A program made the position numbers and the translations under genes. A stretch of 64,000 nucleotides of DNA from assembly GCF_036321535.1 (NCBI RefSeq), contig NC_087436.1, positions 91,452,001-91,516,000 on the forward strand, given 5' to 3'. This stretch comes from Camelus dromedarius (Eukaryota). The notes under the pieces were generated by a model. The model did not search any database. It was not told the DNA's origin and saw only the letters and a list, made by a program, of their open reading frames with translations. Positions 52,722 to 64,000 of this stretch are shown here, in pieces. How positions within the stretch are numbered: the first letter of the stretch is position 1; each line of letters begins with the position of its first letter.

Positions 52722-54624
52722 TTCTCTATTACCTGAAATTTGCACAAAATTTCTTTGTCAGACATGTCTTAATTTTTATTTCTGATCATTACTATAGAAG
52801 ACCATCTAAGCTCAAGCTGTAATTTCATATTCCCAGCATTTGGACTATGATCCCATGATTTACAAACAACCTGTCAATTCCAGAATGAATAATATTTGAT
52901 TAATTTTTGATCAAGTTAAGATCCCATGTTTTGCATTGTGACCCTAATATAAAAGAACTGACAGCTACGAAAGCAGCTGAATTGGCAAGAGACCTTCCCC
53001 CGGAACCCTACATCTTAAGAGAATTCTAGAAAACAGAAGAAGCAAGGCAGATCTCTCCCACACCATAAAAGTCCTCCTTTCTCAGATGGAAACAAAACTT
53101 GCCAAAATAGTGAAATATTTGCTGGGTTGATTTTATGAAGACCCTTGGTATTTCTGTTTCCAAAGTCTTTTGTTTGTTTGCAATTTGAACCTTTCCGTTT
53201 CATAGGAATCACCTCTCCCTCTTAAATTTTAATAATTGAGATGCTCACTGATGTTAATGAGGAGATACCAGTGGGGTGATAATGGAGCTGTAACAAAGTT
53301 AGCAGAAATTCTATGAAAAAATCCTATGAAATGTTGTCCATTCCTTCTCCTTTTTCAGTCTTATCTTCTTATACAACCCATTCTTACCCTATGCCTTCGA
53401 ATCTTCCTTCTGTTGATCTATTGCCCTACAGCTCAGTCCCATATCATGAAGTCTCCTTCCTAGACTCCAAAGTACTTTTGACCCCTTAGAATATGCAGAG
53501 TGAATGGCAGCTTCATGCAATTCACACATGTGAATAGAACTTTCAGGTTTTAAAAAAAAATTATTCACGAGAATTCTTGGCAGGCAAATGGTATTAGAGA
53601 ACGCTGAGCTGAGGCATTTCTTCTAATGTCTCTTTAATGATCCTATAATCCATTCCTACTCACCTCCTAGCACATTAGCAATAAGCAAGCAAATACATAA
53701 AACAGAGCAAGTTTAAACAACTGCCATCTGTGAATTCGGGGGAGAACTTTGGAACAGTACGAGGGTTCTGTTTCCCTGAAGGTACACTGAATGTTTACTG
53801 TATCCTTTGAACACATATAAAGTGCATGTGAAAAACGAAGTTCAAATTCTCTTTCTATAATCAGCTGACTAAAGGGTTGACCTAGAGCTTAGGATTCTGT
53901 ATTGCATTTTTTTGAAAACTGTTTCTTACAATATTTCTACTTCTTTTTAGAGCTATTAAGCTTTGAGGTTTTTAAAAATTCGTTTTAAGAATATGCTGTA
54001 GTAACTACTGATGCTGAAAGACAAAATTCAAGATTCTAAAAGTTCTTTTTGGTTTAATATTGTCACAATCTTAATAAATATGATGCTATGTAATCTGAGC
54101 AGAATACAAAGACGCTGCTGTGTTATAGATACTTCCGCATGTTCTCCTGACGTCTGCTTTGCTGGTTGAAGCATCATGTGTGTTCAGTGCAGAAGTGAGT
54201 TAAGTGTGGCAGTGGGTGGGCAAGTACTCGTCGAGGCAGTAAGAGAGGAGGACTCCTTTCCCCCAAAACACACACACTCACCATCAGCTGACGGTTGTAC
54301 CTTCTTCCTTTTCTTAGTGTTTCACTTGGGGAATAATTCAAGAATAGAGAAAAATTATTTAACCAATTATTTTAATATTTGGTATTCGTATATGATGTTT
54401 TATTTTCTTCCCACTAAATATGAGTTTTTTAAAAAATTAGAAGTAAAATACAGGGACTTGATTCTTCTTATAGAGCACACTGAGTTTTGCCAATAGAACA
54501 GCAACTCAGCCTAACTTAGAAATTCTGATTTCCCATGTGCAGACTAAATTACATAGGATCAATAGAAAAGAAACACCTTAGTTAAGGCTTTTGGGGTAAT
54601 GTATAATTTAAAACCATCCCAGCT

Positions 54625-54985
54625 GTTTGTTTTTGTAGCTTTATTGAAGTATTTTCACACCACAAAAATCTTCCACTGGAAGTGTACAATTGATCGTTTT
54701 TCAGGAAATTTGTAGGATTATGTCACCATCACTGCAATCCGGTTTTATAACATTTCCATCACCTCCACAAAATTTCTATGAGTTCTTTTATAGTTAATCC
54801 CCACTGCTACCCCCAGGCCCATGGTAACTGCTGATTTGATGTCTGAATCCATCAATTTGTATTTTCTGAATATTTCTTATACATGGGCTCTTTTGTGTCT
54901 GGCTTTTTTCACTCAGCATACGGTTTTTGAGGTTCATCCATGTTGAAACATGAGTCACTATTCTGTCACTTTTTAATTGACTTTT
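54625..54985 (-). mobile_element. L1MB-like 3'-end fragment
   Basis: AGCTTTATTGAAGTA...GGAAGTGTACAATT...TGTGTCTGGCTTTTTTCACTCAGCATACGGTTTTTGAGGTTCATCCATGTTG. Confidence 0.8.
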
Positions 54986-54999
54986 AGTGGATCATTCTC

Positions 55000-55771
55000 A
55001 TACATATGAGAACATACTGTAATTCTCCCAGTCTTAAGAAACAAGCAGAAACCCTTCCCTTGACACCACATTCTGTCCAACTATTGTTCTTGTTACACAA
55101 AAGTCTTCAAAAAAGATGTGTAAACTGTTGTCTTCACTTTTCCTTCCTCTTTTCTCTTGAAGCCTTTCCAATTTGGGATTTTCTCCCACCTGTCTAAATG
55201 ATTGCTATTTTCACAGCCTGCAATGAGTTAAATTCTGATTTTTATTTTATTTTACAAGCTGATTTTTAATACAACAAGAAAAAAATTAAATGCAAGTCTA
55301 ATTTCTTCATCCCTTGACTTAAATTCCTTCAATTCTTTATCATTTCACTTAGAGTACAAATTAAAACCCTCATGCTGGCTTACTATGCCCCCTCTGACAT
55401 GGCTCATGTGACCTCTCAGTCCCACTCCCTCCTCCTGGCCCCTTTGAGCATCTATAAGAGCCACAGTGGCCTTCTTGCCATTTTCGGAAGACATCATTTA
55501 CGCTTCCATCTTTCAGTTTGCTGTATCCTCTTTCTGGAAGGAAATTCACACATATATTCTCATGGCTTGCCCCTTTCTTTCTTCTCATCTACAAGAATTT
55601 CCCTGAACATATATTTTAAAACAGCCCATTATCATCTTCCTCATTTTTCTCCTCAGTATTTACCAACATCTGGCAAACTCTATATTTTACTTATTTATGT
55701 CTTGTTTTTTTCTGTCCCACCACTAGAATGTATACTCTAATGGCACATGTTAGGTACTTAGTGAACACATG
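55000..55771 (+). mobile_element. L2 remnant whose 3' tail is split by the LTR insertion
   Basis: CCACTAGAATGTATACTC...TGGCACATGTTAGGTACTTAGTGAAC; the tail resumes as TTGAATTAATAAA after 56357. Confidence 0.65.
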
Positions 55772-55775
55772 ATGG

Positions 55776-56353
55776 TGAGGCGGGAAGCCCCATAAAAAGA
55801 CCAGCAGGACCCCTAGGCAGGGCCGCTGCTCTCTTCCCAGCACTGTCCAGTTCCCTGGCCCAGAGGCTCTATCTCACTTTTTGCCTCTAAAGAGGCTAAC
55901 TTACACCTAGAATTCTATTGGTTCCCTGAGCTCACTTCTGATTGCTTATTTCCTTCACTCCTGATTGGTTATTACTCTCACTTCTGATTGATCCACTTCC
56001 CTAACTTCTGATTGGTCCATTTGTAGTACTTCATTTGCATGGAGCTCACTCCTGATTGGTTATTTCTCTCACTCCTGATTGGTCTAGTTCTACAAGGCTT
56101 ATTCCTGGTTGGTCAACTTCTGTTATACTTTATTTGCATATGATGTTGCAAAGTGTAAAACTGGCAGCCTTTAAAAGGCCTATGTAACCCTACAGATGGG
56201 GTCCAGAGCTTGAAGTGTTGACTCTTATGGGCCCACTGGTGTAATAAACCTGAGTTTTTCAACTCTCAGAGTGCTGTTTGGTCTCTCACCTGGATCCAGG
56301 TTGCTGTCACAACTGAGTGGTAACACTGAGCTGTAACACATTTTTCTGCAACA
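55776..56353 (+). mobile_element. Complete solo ERV LTR (578 bp) with 4-bp TSD (ERV1-like)
   Basis: TG...CA termini; ATGG at 55772-75 and 56354-57; repeated ATTGG boxes; TATA-like TTTAAAA at 56170-76; AATAAA at 56243-48. Confidence 0.92.
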
Positions 56354-56499
56354 ATGGTTGAATTAATAAAGTTTCATTTTTTTTTCCAGTAAAAATGTAC
56401 TATTGAGGGAAAAAAAAGAAGAAATAAAAATCTTGGGGGAAAATACTAGGATCATGGAAGATTCTTTTCATTAATGGCACTGATTTTTCAAGCTTCTCA

Positions 56500-56949
56500 A
56501 AATTTGGTGGGTGCCATCCCAAATTAACTCTGTGCTTGGCCATGTGAATGGCTATGGCTGATGGGATACAAGCCCACTTGATATAAGCAGATACTAGAAA
56601 AGTAGTACTTGCGTGCTTTTCTATCTTGCTCCACTACCTCCTCTACATCCTCAGGCCAGCCTGCTAGAGGATGAGACGTAGAAAGCAGAGCCAAGTCAAC
56701 CCCAAACCCTGGCTGAAGGCTCCAGACATATGACAACTTCCAGTCAAGATCTTTAAAAGTAGGCAGCCAAACCACAGCTCACAGCAACTGCATGAGTGAG
56801 CCAAACTGAGCCTAACCCAGATAAAGACAAACTGACCAGACGATCCATAGACCAAGGAGGAAATACAAACCTGTACTGTTATATGGCACTAAGACTTTAT
56901 GGTCGTTTGCTACCTATAATTAAAATGGCAATAGCTAGCTAGTTAGTAC
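56500..56949 (+). mobile_element. MLT1 (MaLR) solo LTR remnant
   Basis: Ends TGTTATATGGCACTAAGACTTTATGGTCGTTTGCTAC...TGGCAATAGCTAGCTAG. Confidence 0.65.
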
Positions 56950-59739
56950 AAGGATGATGTTATACTAGACTGTCTGAGATATAGCTGAATACACCAAATA
57001 TTGATGTAAAGATGCTGACTCCCTAGACATGAGGATATAAAAAATAGAAATAAAAGTTGAAACACATAAAGTACAATACTTAAAGAGAGCTTTGAGGGCC
57101 ATGTGATGAGAAAGAAAGAACAGACTGAAGCATTACCATTAAAACTCAAAACTAAAAATGGAAGTATCTATTTTTAGATATAACTGGTTCAAAAATGTGT
57201 ATATAGATATAAGTTTTAGTGCTAGGAGATATACAATAGTCCTAAAATGGTCTACAATATTAATATATCAAATTAACAACACAAATAATCTTTCCTGTAT
57301 AATAACCCAGGAATCCAAACTTTAATTTAAGTATTTCTTATACCAGTTAATGTTAAGAATAAAAAATGTGAAATTTATAAAACAAAGAAAAAGCACAACA
57401 GATGATGGGACTTTAGATTTGAATTGATGATCTGAGGAAAACGCATATACCAAAGTCCCAAATGTCTTACAAAGGTAATACAGAGAGAGAATTATGAATA
57501 TAATAGCAGCATAAGGCAAAGTTTTAACCAGAGATATCTGCCAACAGAATTCTAGTCTATACCAAAATGGCCCAGCTAATGAGCTCTGAATAATGGAGAG
57601 AAAAACAGAAACCTATGCTTTAGTTGATTAACCTTTTTCAGAGGCAAACAAAAGAATTTCAAGCTAATCAAGTGCATCCCTGGTTAACAGAATACATTGC
57701 TCATTTTTCATAGCAATATTCTGCTGTTGGATGACAAGAGATAAATGCTTATCCATGATCTAAACCAACATGTGAGCTCAATTAGGAAAGGTATCACAAT
57801 TAGTGTGGTTTGATTTCAATATGAAAGTGAAATAGGGTGGGAGACAAATGAGGAAATACAGGAATTGAGATCTATGGAGTCACTTAGAAGTCTGCTCACT
57901 AGCTCATTATCTTTTTGTCAATAAAATCTTTGGAGTTAAAAGATTGAGGAAACCAAGATATTCAGTGTAAAAAGTGTCCACAGTCTTCTGCTTTTCTGGT
58001 TCTGGCATCCTCTCCTTTTATTAGTAACTGCTACAGATGATACTTATCATTAAGTATCAGGACAAATTAAAAATGCCCTAAGATCCTAAATTTTCACCAA
58101 TTTACATTTTGCAGCCAAAATGGTGATACAGGCATAATTTGCCTGTAGGATTCATTCATTCAGAGTGGCCCAGCTCTTCCTTGGTATTCCTTTTCCTATT
58201 TCCATCCCCATGAGTTATTTCCTGTCATTTTTTAAAGGCTTATACATTCTAAATAGTCTGACCAAAAAAATCCCTACTAATATGTTTAGGGTTGACAAGG
58301 GACAAGTATGCTACTTTTCTAGATGGTTATTTTTTCTTTTTAACAGATTCGCATTTTGATATTGGGCTCTGATGGGTTAACCTGAAGCATAAGTGTTTAG
58401 GGATACGTAAGCACTTTGGTGAAAATAACCACTTTGTGGCTAAGCAATGTTGTTTTTCCATTAATCAGAGTGTATAGCCATTTTGGAACTTGGGTAATAA
58501 TTCTAGGCAGTACACCAGTACGTGTAACTCATTCCCAGTAAACAATACAACACCTTACATGGAGAAAGTGCTTTAGAAGTAAGAATAGAATCTTATGATA
58601 ATAGCATCATTCCAGTACTCTTAGGAAACAATAAAAGATATTTAAATTTGTCCTCCTTTCATTAAAAAAATTTTTTTTCCTCCTCATTAAATTAACATGT
58701 TTTGTTTATTAACTTTTATCATTTTGCTTAGCAGAGAGATATTAAGGGAAAATCTCAGTTGCCATAAACTTTCATGAAAATAATTAAGTCATTTTATTTT
58801 CAGAATTAAATAATTTGTAATATATAACCACTTATTTCAGAAATTGCTATTTAAAAATAAACTTCCAAAACAAATGGGGTATATAAAAAGTGAAAAAAAA
58901 ATACAGTGAACTGATGAATAAGGATACAAATAATTCAATTTGTATATATCTATGTATATTTTAATCAATTAAAAATTAGTGAGATTTGTAATTTGCTTAC
59001 ATTTTCATAATGAAAAGGACTTTGATAACCTAAGAAATATATGTAGTTTTACATACATTTATAAATTTGAAAGAATGAATTGTGATTTTTAAATACATAA
59101 TTGTGATATTATTCTTATGTATGAACTTATTATTGGAATTGATATTCATGTCTGGATTTCTACATAATATAATTTAATCACCTTTTTATAATTCAGCACC
59201 ATGTGCTTAAGTAGATTCTTAAAATGTATAATGTCTTGCAGAAAAAAAAATCTTACCAATAAAATGGAGATGTTCATATCATAAAAATGTTTTGCACTGC
59301 CTCCACTACCCTCTAGAAGATAATATCTTTTATGCTCACCTCTTTAAAACTTTCTTCCAACATTTTCCATTTTTAATAAGTGAACTCTTGCTTTTAAAAG
59401 TAATTAAAATATATGAGTTTGTGTATGAGTGTATATTTAAAAACTCAGAAGTGTGTCCCCAAATCAGCCACTTTTAAAGAGAACTTCTGTAGTTACTTCA
59501 GTCATACAATTAAGTCTGCATTTATTTAAACTCACTGTTGGAATGTTCCAGAAGGGCAGAGCACATGCAAATTGTAATGGGAGTATGTTCTAATTGAAAA
59601 GTTTAATAAAAAAATACTAATTCCTTTTGTCAAGAGAAGTTAATATTGCAACACACTTTAAAAAAATTACTGGGAAACAATTTTAAACTTAAAAGTTAGA
59701 AGAATAAAAATATTGATAACCTAGATTAACCTAGATCAC

Positions 59740-60640
59740 CTACTGTAAACTTTATATGCTATTTGATTTCACTTGTGCTTTCTTTCCTCACTTTCCCGTG
59801 TCTTATGTTTGGTCCAGATTAAATTCAGTTTATACATTGCTAGCTGAAGTATTAAAACACAAAGCTGTGCCTTTTGTGGGTGTAGCATCTGGAGTCACAC
59901 TATGTCCATCTGGCGATGTTACTTGGTCAAAACACTCCTGGTGATGTTAATTGGTCAAAGTGTTGTCTGATTTGTCCATGGAATAAGTACTATTTTTTCC
60001 CTTGTAACTACTAAGCAGTCTATTGTGAGACAAATAGCCTTCTCCTCATCAAAATTTCACCCTAAACTTTTCATCTATCCATGATTCATTTCTAAATGAA
60101 TCTTTTAAATGATGATTGCAAAATACTGATTTGCCAATCCCATTTCTTCCTTGTTAATGAGTTAGCCCTCAGCATTCTATAACCAAAAGGTCTCCTTTTT
60201 TCCTTATCCATCAATCTATTTAACCTATCAATCATCTATTATCAATATAAACTCATGAAATTCTACTTTTCCAGCTGTTTATAATTCATTTCTCTACTTA
60301 ATAATTTTGGTGTTTAAGCCGATGTCCCAGATCTGCCCATATGAGTTCCTTTAGGCTAGCTCCTCCATCCCTGTGACATGTGCCCATCATTTTGAGCACT
60401 TCCTTTATTCCTAGTATAACAACGTACACCCAGCTCATTTTATACTTAGCCTGCCATAAATCTGAAAACAGCAAATTCTTCAGAAAAAGCCCTCATGCCT
60501 TTTAGTTGGAAATAATATTAGAGGCTTAGATCTTAGTGCTAGATTTGCTCATTATATGCAAGAATTTGCCCATTCAGTGGACAGCACAAGGAAGTAAGTA
60601 CATATATTAATATAAAAATATAAATACATATACATGTGCA
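59740..60640 (-). mobile_element. Old L1 (L1MC/ME-like) 3'-region remnant
   Basis: TCCATCTGGCGATGTTACTTGGTCA...TTTTTCCCTTGTAACTACTAAGCAGTC...TTTGAGCACTTCCTTTATTCCTAG. Confidence 0.6.
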
Positions 60641-61179
60641 CATTTTAAAGGATGAGTGCTTTTCAAAAGGCAAATTCAAGTTTCCCACCAAATATAAAGT
60701 AAGTGTCAAAGATTTATGTAATTTATTGATTAATGAGGACACAATGTATTACAATTTATTCAAAAGAGAATACAAAGAGCAGAGACATACAGAAAATAGG
60801 GACTTTTGAAGTATCTTACAAATAGAGGCAAAATACATCTATCAGTAGGGCAATAAGCAGTTGCATTCCTTTGGACACTGAATTTGCACTTTATTGATAA
60901 GAAAATGATTCACATTATTATCAGCTTTCAGCAATTTACAGATCTGTGAAATAGCTCAAAGACAAAGGCAGAGATAAGTTAGGTGAATGAATTAGACAGG
61001 ACACCCTCTAATGTATTTTTTGCACATGCTATACCAATATACATATGCCACGTGGGTGCAACTGTGTGCACACATTCACACACACAGGCATTTTTTTGCT
61101 CAATCTTACAACACATTTAAAATAGTCTCAGAATTCCTTGACCCATAAAAGTACAAAAGAAGAAGAATTTAGAGTACCT

Positions 61180-61760
61180 ATTTGCATTTCTATACTATTA
61201 AGGTATATACTGCAGGGCCAATTCCTTGAAATGAATCGCAGAGTCCAAGAGTAAATAAACACCAAATTTGTAAGACATTTTTCAAATTTGTCTCCATAGA
61301 GGTTGGATTATTTTGTATTTCTACCACCAGTGTATGAAATGGCCTGTTTTCGTACAACCTAACCGACATAGTGGATTGCAGAGTCTTAAAAATGTTTGCC
61401 AGTCTGATAGATAAGAAGTGATATTTCTCTGTAGCATAACTTGTATTTCTCTCATGAATTAAAGTTAATGTCATAGACTATTTATGGACCATTCTTAAAT
61501 CACATTTTGCAATTTTTTCATGTATTTTACCCATTTTTATAGACTGTTGGTCACTAATCAGTTATGAGTTTGTGTAAATTAAGGATAATAACTCTTTATC
61601 TGACTTCTGTTGCAAATATTTTCTCACAGTTTGTCATTTCTTTTTACTTTGCTTACACAGTTTCTGTCATTAATATTTTTTAGTTAAATTTATCAATCTT
61701 TCTAAGTTGCATTAGGTATTCAAGTCATGATTAGAAAGGCTTTTCCTCATTTAACTTGTT
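61180..61760 (-). mobile_element. Old L1 ORF2 3' remnant
   Basis: The minus-strand ORF 61190..61474 has YHFLSIRLANI, a degenerate form of [11 protein letters not shown]. Confidence 0.7.
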
Positions 61761-64000
61761 TTGAAATCAGTTGTCCTGTTATTTTGCAATAGCAGGTATC
61801 ACCAATGTATAAATTAGGGGCTTGAAAGCAAAAATTTTTAACATCAAGGAGAAATAAGTTATTTGGAAGGGTAAACCAAAGAAGAATTCAGAGTCTCCTG
61901 AAGTTCTCTTTTTTTAGAATACATTATTTCCAAATACTCAAATTCCCAGTTCTTAGATGATCATATTAGTTTTGAGCTGCACCTTGAAGTAACTAAGAAA
62001 ATCCATATTATAGATCATTAGGCATAATTTCCTAATTTCTCAGCTTCCTGTTCTTCAAGGCTCCATCAAATATATAAAAATTCATTGCCATATAATAGCA
62101 TCAAAATGAGTCTCAATCTATTTTTTCTTCTTAACACCTACTCTGCTCAAATTGACAACCCACTGCTCAAGTTGAATCAGGTTGCCCTTCCTCCTTTAAC
62201 ACAATCTTTATTCTTGCTAAATTTTCACCTGCAATTTTCTTCGGTATTCACCAATCAAAATGTCCTATGGAAACTCTATCTATAAAAACTTTCTTAATGA
62301 GAACACAGTGATAACTAGGCAAATGTAACTTAGCAGGTAAATTGTTATGAATTCATACATCACTTAACATTGTACTGCTGGTATTGATACTAAAGCATAT
62401 ACTGATCTGCACTGGAATTTTAATATTTTAATTTGAATTATTTAAAACCATCCAAAATCAAGTTTCTTGAAGGAAGGAACAGTTTATACTTCCTTTGGGG
62501 TAGTGGATATTTGCTAATTTTTATTGCCTGGAAAGAATTCCTCTCCCTGAGCTTCACTGGAACCTGACTTTCATCTTGGGGTGGGTGTGGCTGTCTTGCC
62601 TCAGTTAATGGAATGATCTCTCTCTTAAGCCACAGAAATAAATGCAGAGAAAGACATGGAAACCTAAATCAATCCAATCAGACTAAATCCTAGGAGTTCA
62701 ATTTAAAAATTGGTGACAAGGTGATGCTCTTTTTCTTAGACAAGAATGGGAAAGAATCTGCCCTAAGAGTCATTGACAGTAAACGCAGGTCCGAAAGTAC
62801 ATATATTTGGTGAGCATGAATCCTATGCTAAGGCAGAGGAGCCAAAATAGGAACGTATTGGTCCAAAGCCAGTACTAATTCTGAAGGTCCCACTCTTATT
62901 TCTAAGTACTCACTTGTGGAAAATTAGATGCTGGATTAGTACAAAAAATAATTTGATACTGAACTAAGAGTTTTCTCCACTGAGATTTATTGGGTACTGC
63001 TATGTTAATTAATACTGTGATATATTAAGATACTGGGCAGTGATTTTCAAAAGCATACTTTTCGTCAATGCATAGTACTTCCTTCAAAGTTCTGTGGAAT
63101 AAAAATGTATTCCAAAGAATCAGTGAATCTAGGAAAAAATGTATTTTTGAAGATGTTTAATGGGGAAGTAAGCTCTTAAATTTAGTTTTCAATTAACTCA
63201 AAGTATAGTGTTGAAATTCTCCCTCCCTCTGTCTCTCCTCCCTCTGTCTCTCTCTCTTCCTCTCCATAAATATATTCAGAGAACTTGAAAAGAAATAGCA
63301 GATTAATATATTTGTTATGCAATTTTAATCTTTTTTTAAATTTCCCAGTTATCCATCAACATACAGGAAATCACTGATGAATCAAGACTTCATTATTTAC
63401 TGAGTCAATGGCATCTAAATTTTTGTTCTTAGAAACTTTTTAAAGTTGATTTAAGATACACTGACAGCACAATTCACTGGCAGAGGAACATTAGCAAGAG
63501 GCTTCATATCAATTCTTCTTCTAATATGATTTGGTACTTTTCAAGGGAGAACCATGCTAATTAGGATTATCATATATTTGCTCCAGTGAAGGCCAATTTT
63601 ACTTTGCTATTTCTCTTTTCCATGCAGTTTATACAAGATCAAGTTCCAAAAGTAAATTTTGCTTATAAGCAGAGCAGGTTTCCTCTCAGAAATTAACTCC
63701 ATTCTTGATCTGAAGAACTTAAACTATTTCAAAGTTATTGCAGTCTCAAGCTGATTAACTGGTAAAAGAAAATGTGTCATGGCCTTAAGAAAAACTCTTT
63801 GATAGGGCCTCTTTGTTTCTTTAAATTCTGCCTGAGCTACAAAATTTTCAGTAGAGGAGAATTGCATTTGTTATTGACATTACGTATGTCTCATAAAAAG
63901 ACCCATGCTGAAAAATTGGAGTCAACCATGGAACTTAAAACTTCAGAACCACAAGATGAGGCTCCACAAGAACAGAAAATTCAGAATCAGAAAATGAATT

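Overview
AT-rich mammalian genomic DNA with no prokaryotic features. Two tRNA-derived SINEs resembling the camelid Vic-1 type and young L1 3' ends suggest a camelid host (inference from recalled consensus motifs, not a database search). Most of the window is transposon remnants: L1, L2, MIR, MaLR/ERVL/ERV1 LTRs, and hAT and Tigger DNA elements. None of the long six-frame ORFs looks like an intact gene, and several are L1 ORF2 relics. The main candidate is a chain of small + strand exons at about 7.5-10.7 kb that splice in frame into a ~126-aa protein I cannot name; the ORF track misses it. Other notable structures: two inverted copies of a CCAAT/octamer-rich ERV LTR about 55 kb apart, a perfect 133-bp tandem duplication, a 35-bp-arm hairpin inside an L2, a 59-bp templated insertion in a near full-length MaLR, and two L1s whose 5' end appears fused directly to distal ORF2. 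Repeat subfamily names are from memory, and boundaries of old repeats are approximate.
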